A stretch of DNA of 64,000 bases, from contig NC_043009.1 of the NCBI RefSeq assembly GCF_006345805.1, positions 59,706,001 to 59,770,000 on the forward strand, read 5' to 3'. Both the position numbers and the translations under genes were made by a program. Shown here piece by piece: positions 53,367 to 64,000 of this stretch; position 1 is the first letter of the stretch, and each line of letters starts with the position of its first letter. This stretch comes from Octopus sinensis. Lineage: Eukaryota. Under the pieces are notes generated by a model. The model had not been told where the DNA came from. It saw only the letters and a list, made by a program, of their open reading frames with translations, and ran no database searches.

Positions 53367-53671
53367 GTAGTTCTTTGTTTTTATGCTCCAAACTCCCAGC
53401 TCTTACGGAAAAAGAAAAAAAAAGAAATATACATAAATAAATATTCATAAATCAATGCATAAGTGAGACAAAAAAAAATTGCAAAAAAAATACAAAATCA
53501 CTTTCTGCTCTTTGTTCTACAAAAGATTTCAATAACGGCAAAATATATTTATATACATACATACATATCTATTCTGCTTGTATATTTTCTTGATCTACGT
53601 TATTACTACATATGGACATAAGATTAGTTAAATGCATAGCTTTACACATATTTACAAATATATATATATAT

Positions 53672-53821
53672 ATGAATATTATTTAATGAACACAGAATAT
53701 ATTTTTTTGTGGGCCTGAGGATTGTGTGAAAGCACCAGACATGTTATAAAATGCAGTCCGAGTTGTTTTCATCACATGAAACTATTAGCAGCTCACAAAA
53801 AGATATAATCTGTGTTTATTA

Positions 53822-53871
<50 letters not shown>

Positions 53872-54074
53872 TTATATATATATATAAGCACATGTACACA
53901 TACATATACATATATATATATTATTTAATAAACACAGATTATATCTTTTTGTGAGCTGCTAATAGTTCATGTGATGAAAGCAACTCGGACTGCATTTTAT
54001 AACATGTCTGGTGCCTTCACACAATCCTCAGGCCCACAAAAAGATATATACTGTGTTCATTAAATAATATTCAT
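53672..54074. mobile_element. Two inverted copies of a ~160-bp self-complementary element around a (TA)n spacer
   Basis: Left arm 53672-53830 is the reverse complement of 53915-54074; each arm has its own ~40-bp terminal inverted repeat. Confidence 0.88.
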
Positions 54075-54126
54075 CTCTCACCAGATGGAGAATCTTTTAG
54101 TTGACCTTAGCATCACAGAAAAGGTA

Positions 54127-54170
<44 letters not shown>

Positions 54171-54174
54171 TATA

Positions 54175-54559
54175 TGAGGGTGAGTCAAAAAGTAATGCCA
54201 TTTTGTTTAGGACAGGTATAATTACCAACACAGGAACTCACCAGATTTAGTGCCTTCAGACTATCATCTCTTCGGCCCCATGAAAGAGGGTTTGAGAGGC
54301 AAATATTATTCCAATGACAAAGAAGTGAAAACTGTAGTGAAGAAGTGGCTCAAAGAACAGTCAACAGAATTTTACAGGGCAGGGATACATGCTCTCATTC
54401 GAAGGTGGAACATTGCTATTGAGAGAAACAGTGACTATGTTGAGAAGTAGGGATGTGATCCACAGAGGACCAGCCTCATTTTGATGTATGATACATGTTC
54501 CTGTGTTGGTAATTATATCTGTCCTAGACAAAATGGCATTACTTTTTGACTCACCTTCA
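54175..54559 (+). mobile_element. Internally deleted mariner element
   Basis: ~63-bp TIRs (gagggtgagtcaaaaagtaatgccattttg...) and transposase C-terminus DLVPSDYHLFGPMKEGLRGK...WLKEQSTEFYRAGIHALIRRWNIAIERNSDYVEK*. Second right-end remnant at 54865-54998. Confidence 0.92.
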
Positions 54560-54997
54560 CACACACACACACATGTATGTATACATTTATGTATGTTTTT
54601 GCATATACATACAGACACACACGTCTGCATAAAATTGGTAAAGATGACAAACAGTTGACTGCCAGACGTTCACATTTATGTAATACTTCATTTATTTGGC
54701 AAGGTGCATAAATCTGCTTCCCTCAGTCTGCTTGGCTGACAACTTCTATACACTTAGTCTATATTTTTATAGCTTCAAATTGTAAGTTGCATTTAGCTTT
54801 AAAAGCAATTGCTTAAAAAAGCTTTCTAAACTATTATAGCTTCGGCAATATGCAAAGTGTATATGGGCTCAAAGAACAGTCAACAGAATTTTATGGGGCA
54901 GGGATACATAGTCTCCTTCAAAGATGGAAATACATGTTCCTCTGTTGGTAATTATGCCTGACTTCAACAAAATGGCATTACTTTTTGACTCATCCTC

Positions 54998-55037
<40 letters not shown>

Positions 55038-55417
55038 GTGAGTGTATATGCATATATATGTGCATACATATATCTATATATATACACACACACTCATATA
55101 TACACATATATGTATACTATACATACACAGAAACACATACATACACACATACACACAAACATATATACATACATACATACATACAAACATGCAACCAAAC
55201 ATACGAAGCAAATCTAGTTGAGTTAGATGGTAGGGCGAAAATGTTATGCTACCATTTCATTCAGTGGTGCTTCATCTTTCTCAGACCAAAATATTTGGAA
55301 GTCTTGAAATCGGCTTTAATTCTTATTTTTCCAGGATCAGAAAATTAATGGTACACAATGACTACTATATGTATATACATACACGTACACCTGGCTGAAA
55401 CCAATACAATTTATACA

Positions 55418-55467
<50 letters not shown>

Positions 55468-55500
55468 ACATACATATATTTATATATATATATATATCTG

Positions 55501-55552
<52 letters not shown>

Positions 55553-55708
55553 TACATCGTTATATGTGCACATGTGTGTCGAAGTGCTACTGCCTCTTAA
55601 AAGAGAGGGATGTATGTATGTATGTATGTATATATATATATATTGACAGAAATAGCAAGACAACAAAAGAATGAAAGAGACCTCGATATTATGTAAATAG
55701 AGGAATTT

Positions 55709-55923
55709 ATCTGTCAATATAATATGTGACAATTATTCAGTAGCCATGATAAAACTCAGAGTTTCAGATGTTGGAGCGGAAACCCACGTCGGCATCTCTT
55801 CAGTTATTGGGCCACCGAAAAAATGTTATGAAGAGATGCCAGCATGGGTTTCTGCCCTGAAATCCAAAACTCAGAGTTTTATCATGGCTACTGAATAATT
55901 GTCACATATTATATTTACAGATA
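55709..55923. mobile_element. Palindromic element with two inverted type I hammerhead-like arms
   Basis: ~95-bp arms. Minus strand 55808-55748 reads AAUAA-CUGAAGA-GAUG...CAUC-U-GAAAC-UC-U-GAG-UU-UUAUC. Confidence 0.8.
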
Positions 55924-55950
55924 TATGCATACATACATATATACACACAC

Positions 55951-56025
<75 letters not shown>

Positions 56026-56056
56026 TCCCATATATATATATATATATATATATATG

Positions 56057-56097
<41 letters not shown>

Positions 56098-56756
56098 CCA
56101 TATATATAATATATATACATACATATATGCATACATATACACATAGATATATACATACATATATGTGTGTATATATAATATATACACACACATAGATATA
56201 GACACACATGTATATATATATATTATATATACACACACACATATGTACATATGTGTGTATATATAATATATACGCAGATGAACATGTGTGCATATATATA
56301 TTATATATATAATATATATATATATACACACACATGTGTACATATATGTATGTATATGTTTATACATGTATATATGTATATACATGTATATATGTATGCA
56401 TATATATTATACATGTATTGCATACGCATTGTGTGTATGTGTCCATACACACACACACATTTATATATAAACATGCACATATTCACATATATACACATAT
56501 ATAAATATGTTTAATCGGTCACAGACGTACATAAATATATGGTCATTGAATTTGGTTAGTATGTCAGTGATTCAAAAAAAAGTGTCACTTCATCTTCATG
56601 CATTCATCCATTTTTCTTTCCAGCCCTCTTTCTCTTTCTCTCTCTCACTCTCTCTCTCTCTCATTCTCTCTCACTCTAGCTCTCTTTTTCTCTCTCTATC
56701 TTTCCCTTTCTCCCCCAACTTTCACAAACATTTCGCTGTTTTGTTTCGTAATCTAG

Positions 56757-56819
56757 ATGGACATCATACATTTCGGAATACCTTTGGTAAAATTCTCAAG
56801 GACAACAAAATTCGTGAAG
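56757..56819 (+). CDS. Candidate 63-nt (or 30-nt) microexon: (D)GHHTFRNTF(G)KILKDNKIRE
   Basis: Pyrimidine-rich upstream, ctag| acceptor, two in-phase donors (TTTG|gtaaaa at 56786, GAAG|gtatcc at 56819), open frame. Confidence 0.5.
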
Positions 56820-57429
56820 GTATCCTTATCATTATTATTATTATTATTAATACCTTTTTTTCCACTGCAAAGGACTGATTTTTTTTTTTTTTTCTTCAAC
56901 TAAAATAGTTTATAATAAATTTTTGTCCCCCTCTTTTTTTTTTTTTTTTTTCCTATGTTGCTAATTAATTTCTACTGATCCCATTTTGCATGGTATTATT
57001 TAGAATGAAATTAATTATAACGACTCAGAAATAACATTAATGCCTGTTTGATGGTTTTTTTTTTTGTCTTGTAAAACATTAAACAAACAGGCAAATTAAA
57101 ATAATTAATCATTAATAAACTATGATGGAATGCAGCTTTGCTTGAAAATGAATTAAAAAAAAAAGAAAAGAAAGAAAACTATTTTAACTATGACAAAATC
57201 AGATACGTTTAATCTGTTAGGAAGGTTAATATCTGTTTTTATCTGTTGTTGTTTAGTCTGTTTAATCTGTCTTAGGGTTTAATTTATCTGTTATAAGCAT
57301 TAATCTATTATAAGGTTTTTATCTTAGTTCTTTGTGGTTTCTAGAAAACATTGGGATCTCTTTTTCAGTTTTTATTTATTTTTGATTTTCTGTTAAAAGC
57401 ATTTGTAATTTTGTTCTAATTAAAAACGA

Positions 57430-57738
57430 TAAACGTCGCCCTTTTCAAGCCTATCCAGGCTCATGGCCCCGGTTCCCCAGTTTCTGTGGTGTATGTGTTC
57501 CCCCCAGCTGGACGGGACGCCAGTCCATCGCAGCGTTACTCAAGAAACATGAAGAGAGAGTGAGAGAAAGTTGGGGTGAAAGAGTACAACAGGGATCGTC
57601 ACCACCCCCTGCTAGAGCCTTGTAGGGCTTTTAGGTGTTTTCACTCAATAAACACACACATCGCCAGGTCTGTAAATTGAAACTGCGATCCTCTGACCGT
57701 GAGTCTGCTGCCCTAACCACTGGGCCATTGCCCCTCCA
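57430..57738 (-). mobile_element. SINE with family B head and a different 3' tail
   Basis: 57545-57738 is the reverse complement of the family B 5' half; 57430-57545 is an unrelated tail (gcgatggactggcgtcccgtccag on the minus strand). Confidence 0.7.
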
Positions 57739-58078
57739 CTTTGCTCTAATTACCACCAATAAAAATATTTAAACGAGAATTGTTCCCCTTTGTATGTCAG
57801 CTATGACATCACATTTTATTTGTTAGATAAGGTGATAAAATTAGAGTTTGCAATAAAAGGTTTTGTGCAAAGTATGATATCACATTCTAATTATTCACTA
57901 TATAAGGTAATATGGTGAAGCTTTGGGCCTAAGATTTGATGCCATCTATTATGTTATGGCATTGTATAACACTGCATTTATTATATAATGTGACATGGAA
58001 AAGTCTGACATTAGAAGTGTTACATACATACAAAAATATATGGAGAAAAATAGTGTGCGCATATATATATATATATGT

Positions 58079-58368
58079 TAAAATCATAATTTAGGGTATC
58101 TACGATATACCGCCATGCTGGAAATAGCAGCCAAAATCTGACTCTAAAACCACATTAAATGTTCATAAAGCACAAGGAGAGAAGACAAAAAGACAAAATA
58201 AAACTAGTAAAAAATTACTGGATAATTCCAGATACCGGATTTCTGGCTTTGCATTAAGAAATGCTTTGCCTCATCAGTGGAATATACGCAGAAAGTAAGT
58301 CAGATTTTGGCAGCTATTTTCAGCATGACGGTATCTCGTAGTACACTAAATTATAATTTTAAGAATAA
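58079..58368. mobile_element. Element with ~65-bp TIRs enclosing a hammerhead-like motif
   Basis: taaaatcataatttag...gcagccaaaatctgact / agtcagattttggcagc...ctaaattataatttta. Confidence 0.8.
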
Positions 58369-58452
58369 TTATTACCTTTGAAGGTTTTTATTTCCATGCT
58401 GGCCACTTGATAAGATCGATATTCAATTTAAATTAACGATCTTATCGTTATC

Positions 58453-58483
<31 letters not shown>

Positions 58484-58924
58484 TTATATACGAACACACA
58501 TATATGTACGCCTCTTCTTTCAAACTTTAACCTCTCAACACTAACATACAAAGGTACTATAGTCTCACTAGTGCTGGTGTCATGAGAAAAGAACTCAATA
58601 CACACAATTTTGTGGTATGCATTAAAAAGGAAATCCAGTTACAGAAATCGTGCCAAAGCAGATAAAAGTGCCCAGTGTTCTCCTCTGACTCACTGGATCC
58701 TGTTAACCCATCCAACTTGTGCTAGTCTGGGAAACAATGTTAAATGATGTGGAGATTTTATTTTATTCCTCCTGATTTTTCATTCTAGTGGCATAACGAG
58801 ATCTATTCAGCCTTCGTTATAACACATGCGTATCATTGAACTTGGCCTGTTTTTGTTTGTTGTTTGTGCAAGTTGTCTCAGACCATGATAATCAATCCAG
58901 ATCCAAACGGCATATTTGCTTTTT

Positions 58925-60090
58925 AATTAAGCCCTTCACTCATTATGGAGCGTAAGCCATCAATGACTTCTCTCCATCGTCCTTCGTTCTGAGTTGCCCT
59001 TCTTCTCCCAGATCTTGTTGCATTGGAATTGCTTTCAGTGCTTCTGTAACTTTACTGTTTTACTCGGAAAAGGGTGTTTAGCTCTACACAATCTTATTCT
59101 TACCTCTTTGAAAAGGCCTCGGAAAGGGTGTTTAACTCTACACAATCTGATTCTTACCTCTTTGAAAAGGCCTCAGAAAGGGTGTTTAGCTCTACACAAT
59201 CTGATTCTTACCTCTTTGAAAAGGCCTCAGAAAGGGTGTTTAGTTCTACACAATCTGATTCTTACCTCTTTGAAAAGGCCTCAGAAAGGGTGTTTAGCTC
59301 TACACAATCTGATTCTTACCTCTTTGAAAAGGCCTCAGAAAGGGTGTTTAGTTCTACACAATCTGATTCTTACCTCTTTGAAAAGGCCTCAGAAAGGGTG
59401 TTTAGCTCTACACAATCTGATTCTTACCTCTTTGAAAAGGCCTCAGAAAGGGTGTTTAGTTCTACACAATCTGATTCTTACCTCTTTGAAAAGGCCTCAG
59501 AAAGGGTGTTTAGCTCTACACAATCTGATTCTTACCTCATTGAAAAGGCCTCAGAAAGGGTGTTTAGTTCTACACAATCTGATTCTTACCTCTTTGAAAA
59601 GGCCTTAGAAAGGGTGTTTAGTTCTACACAATCTGATTCTTACCTCTTTGAAAAGGCCCCAGAAAGGGTGTTTAGCTCTACACAATCTGATTCTTACCTC
59701 TTTGAAAAGGCCTCAGAAAGGGTGTTTAGTTCTACACAATCTGATTCTTACCTCTTTGAAAAGGCCTCAGAAAGGGTGTTTAGCTCTACACAATCTGATT
59801 CTTACCTCTTTGAAAAGGCCTCAGAAAGGGTGTTTAGCTCTACACAATCTGATTCTTACCTCTTTGAAAAGGCCTCGGAAAGGGTGTTTAGCTCTACACA
59901 ATCTGATTCTTACCTCTTTGAAAAGGCAGTCCATCATAGTCTGGTCGCTATCTTTTGATCTGTCCAACATGGGAGGCCTTACTAGGAGCTTGCACTCTGT
60001 TGAAGTAGGTCTCAGGGTCATTGAGACCCACAATCCACCACAACTAGAGCTGGACATTGTGGTGGGACCCAAAACATGACAGCATGGGAA
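58925..60090 (-). mobile_element. Internally deleted RTE-like LINE containing a VNTR
   Basis: Minus 59060-58925 reads WEKK.ATQNEGRWREVIDGLRSIMSEGLN*, like RTE C-termini. 59928-60090 resembles RTE 5' UTRs (recalled, not aligned). Confidence 0.6.
59067..59927. repeat. 54-bp minisatellite, ~16 copies
   Basis: Unit gaaagggtgtttagctctacacaatctgattcttacctctttgaaaaggcctca, head to tail, no spacers. Confidence 0.97.
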
Positions 60091-62411
60091 AATTGGCATA
60101 AAATAATGATGATATATAAGTATGAAAGTGTGTGTGTCTGTTAATTAGGTGTCATTATAAATTGTGGGTTTGTTTTTTTTTTCTTTTCTCAATTCAGTTT
60201 CCCCAACACTTCATGCGTTTTCTCAAAAACTAACAGACATTAGTCACAGTAGTATGGCTTGTTCTAACAACAGTTAAACGACAACAAAACGAGCAATTCA
60301 ATTTTCATTATTATTATTGTTACTGTTACTACTATTACTACTACAATTGCTTTTATTATCACTTACTACCACTACTATTACTGTTAGTATGAAATAACAT
60401 AGAGATGACTTTTTAATTCGTTAATGAATGCATTAACCAACACATTGCTAAATCAACATTATTGGTAAATTTATTGTTTTTGATGTTGACGATAATGACG
60501 ATGACAAATATTGATGATTGTGATATTGATTTTAATGATGTTCATGTTGTTGTTGTTGAGTGTCAAGTCAGTTCTGATTGAGCAGTAAAAAAAGTAAAGT
60601 TATCTTCCCGTGTCATGCAAACTCATAAGGGCCAGTTTCCCAGTTCCATTGGTACATAAATTCTCCCCCTGGACAAGACACCGGTCTGCCGCAGGATCAC
60701 ACATATTTGCCAGCTGAGTGGACTGCGGCAATGTGAAATGAAGTGTTTTGCTCAAGAATACAATGCGTTGCCTGTTCCAGGAATTGAAACCACAATCTTA
60801 CAATCATGAGTCCAACACTCTAATCACTAAGCTAGTGATTCAGCAAGGGGAGACTACTTCACTTTCTCCCTGCTATGATGGCCTAAATAACCTATTGGTT
60901 AACTACTACAATTAACCAAATAGTCCATTGGCTACTTGGATCTAAGGTGAGAAACCCCAGGTAGTTTGACTTTGGTAACTACCAAATAAAGGGTTTCTGC
61001 ATACGTGTATGTGAGTGAAAGTTAGTATGTGTGTATGTGACTAAACATGAGAATGTGAGTATGTGTTTGAATGTGTGTGCATGTATGGAAGTGTGGAGAT
61101 GCTTGTATGTATGTATACTTCTTTGGACTAGTCAAGCCATATAAACTGGAAAGAATTCATAGGCACAGGTGTGGCTGTGTGGTAAGTAGCTTGCTTATCA
61201 ACCACATGGTTCCGGGTTCAGTCCTACTGTGTGACACCTTGGGCAAGTGTCATCTACTATAGCCTTGAGTGGATTTGGTAGATGGAAACTGAAAAAGACC
61301 TTTGTATATGTGTCTATGTGTGTGTGTTTGTCTGTGATTTCCTCCATCCTCATCGCTTGACAACCTATGCTGGTGTGTTTACATCCCCGTAACCTAGTGG
61401 TCTGGCAAAAGAGCCCGATAGAAAAAGTACTAGGCTTACAAAGAATGAGTGCTGAGACCAATTTGCTTGACTGAAGTCGGTGCTCCAGCATGGCTGCAGT
61501 CAAATGACTGAAACAAGTAAAAAAGAAGAAAAAAAAGAGAATCAAAGAAAGACAGGTGTGGTGATGTGTGTGTGTGTGTGTGTGCAGATATTTGCATGTT
61601 TAAAACAGAGAGTGAAAGCAGACAAATAATTGGACAGACGGACAAACAATCTAACAAACAACTACAGACAGTTTTAAGACACCAGTAAATAAAAGACTAC
61701 CAAATACCAATTATCAAAGAATTTAGTTGATTTTTTTTTTTTTTTGTTTTTTTTTCCTCCTGTATGCAATGAATGACTCCAGTCTAATGCTTTGATCTTT
61801 GACTTTTGACTTTTGCCTTCTAGAATGATCTTGAGTATTTCATATTATCTTGGCTAGTTGGCATGACAGTTCTTGATAATATTCTTTCTTTTATCGTGCA
61901 TTGGACATCTTTGATTCAATTTTTTTTTTCCAAGACATCTCTTTGTTGTTTTTTTTTGTTTTGATTTTTTGTTTATATATTTTTCCTTTCGATTATCTTT
62001 TATATTTATTTAATTATTGTTTTTTTTTATTGTTCTTACATGTTGATGCCAAATCTCTTTACATTCTACATAGAATTTAGAAATTTGGTTTGGTTTGATC
62101 AAGTCTTTAAATGAGTCAAGAACAAAAATATTATATCGTTATTGTTTCCCAAACAACCAAAAACTGTGAATAACTGGGGGGGGGGGATTATTGACCATTT
62201 TTCTTTTAGTGACCTTTTTTTTATATTTCAAAAAAAAAATGTAATAAAAATTAAAAAAAACAAATATTTCTAATAGTAATATATTTTATGAATTTGTAAA
62301 CCTAAGATCAATGTGGTGGGCATCTATCAAGGGAGGTTGACTATTCTTTCTGGTGATCAAGTTTGCATCCTACTTCTGAGTCTGACAGCAAGCTCTCAAA
62401 GATGTTAATGT

Positions 62412-62448
<37 letters not shown>

Positions 62449-62530
62449 TTAGCACCCACTCGCATATATGTGGCTGTTTTAGTACACACACACACATATA
62501 TACATGTATGTCTGTGTGTGCATATATATG

Positions 62531-62734
62531 CAGGGTGTCCCAGAAGTTGCGTACCACTGGGATTTTTTAAAAGAATACACCGTTATTGATTTCAAAAACA
62601 CTATTGAAATTAACCGCAACAAATGCTCGAATTGAGCTCCCTCTACGATAAAACATGCAGAAAAAATATAATAAAATAAAATGCTTTAATTATTTTTAAG
62701 GAAAACCAGAATGGTGCACGACTTCTAGGACACC

Positions 62735-62737
<3 letters not shown>
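62531..62737. mobile_element. Tc1/mariner-type MITE
   Basis: cagggtgtcccagaagttgcgtacca / tggtgcacgacttctaggacaccctg, followed by TA. Confidence 0.8.
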
Positions 62738-62776
<39 letters not shown>

Positions 62777-64000
62777 GAGTGGCTCCTCATTTCCAAGTAT
62801 TTCTTTTTTCTTTTGTATTTCCTCATTTATGTCAGTGCCTCTGGTCACTGTCAAAACCAATTTTTCTTGGAACAATTATCCATAAAAGGTCACATCAGAT
62901 GGCCTTCTGGAGGACTAGAGTCAGCTCATCTTTTTTTCATAGCCATTCGTCTCTTACCTTTCTTTGACAATGTTCTTCAAAATGTTCTTGACCATGGCTC
63001 TGGCTAAAATTCAGTATCTATGATCCATGTTAACATTCTCCATTTAAACTTGACTCTTTGTTCTAGAGTCTGTGGCCTTTGCTAAAGTAACAGGCTTTAA
63101 AACTTTAGCCTTTGTTAAAATTTGATACCACAGAAGAACAAGCTAAACAACAACAAAACCAACTGATTATAGACAAAGGTTACTGTTCTAGTTTTTATAT
63201 CTGCTTTAAAGATGTTGATCTAGCCAAAATATGTTTTCTATATTTCGATTGTTTTGTTCTTCTTTTATTCTATTCTATTTTATTTTGTTTTGGTTTTGAG
63301 CTAAATATTGTCATCAGGATTATAGAATAAAATTTGATTTTTAGTAAGAGACATTCATTTGACTTTAGCTATGTGAATCTCAAAAATGTTTGCTCAAAAA
63401 TGTTACTTTTAGGTACTTTTAGATAGATGTTGTGACTCAAACTAAAATATTTTTTCTATTTTATTTTATTTATGCTTTATTTTTACTAAAGTTAGATCAC
63501 ATTTTGAGAAATTTTATGGTTGAAAAGTGAACTTTTTAGCATTTAAACTGGACATCTAGAGCCCATGTGTTCTGGCAGTTTTATGTTCAAACTGGCCAAA
63601 TCTGACCACATCTAGCCTACAATGTCACTGTAAAAATTAACAATCACATCATTGAAATCTCAAAGCTGCAATAAAATATGATTAATTCAATACAGTGGGA
63701 ATAAATAACTATTATATTTGGCTGAACAATTAGAATGAGACAAAAAACCTAAGAAAACTTCCTGAATAAAAATGGTTGTAGAATTGGGTTTTAAACTCAG
63801 GGGTATTGAGTATGAAGAATATGGTTACATTTTGATGCAGTGTCAGGTACTGCAGTGGGGTGGAGGTACCAGTGGGAGAATTAATGCATCTGTTGCCATC
63901 TGTTGGATTTTCAAAGATGTCAAGGCAAATGAAACAATTTTAGGTGAAGGATTAGCACAAGGAGATATATTGTGGGGGTGTTGATTAGTTTTATAGTTCT

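Noticed and set aside
58994-59958. Long ORFs (204 and 294 aa) and a CRISPR-like look
   Set aside because: Head-to-tail 54-bp repeat with no unique spacers, in a eukaryotic retroelement remnant; the open frames follow from the unit length.
62552-62563. TAC CAC TGG GAT = YHWD, the motif expected in the missing terminal exon
   Set aside because: Lies inside the left end of a MITE, has no phase-1 acceptor, and continues FLKEY rather than xSDW.

Overview
AT-rich, microsatellite-dense animal DNA. The SINE families and (TA)n/(ATT)n load suggest an octopod cephalopod (inference). The window holds the 3' part of one + strand gene, a FAT1/2/3-type (kugelei-like) atypical cadherin. Nine GT-AG exons (6687-23435, ~987 codons) join in frame: last cadherin repeats, membrane-proximal domain with RRKR, EGF, one laminin-G, four EGF, TM helix and the first part of the cytoplasmic tail. 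The expected terminal exon (G-YHWDxSDW...) is not visible, so 23.4-64 kb looks like a very long intron. In it I find several phase-1/phase-1 candidate microexons (48417-48443, 53346-53366, 56757-56786/56819) at the junction where vertebrate FAT1/FAT3 take alternative inserts. The rest is repeats: four tRNA-type SINE/SINE-like families (including multimers inside one TSD), a nest of (TAA)n-targeting R4/Dong-like LINE ends, CR1, RTE, mariner and maT remnants, foldback elements, a ~350-bp tandem array and a 54-bp VNTR. Several short elements carry type I hammerhead-ribozyme-like motifs with palindromic stem III, as in Penelope-like elements. All calls were made by eye; none was checked against a database.
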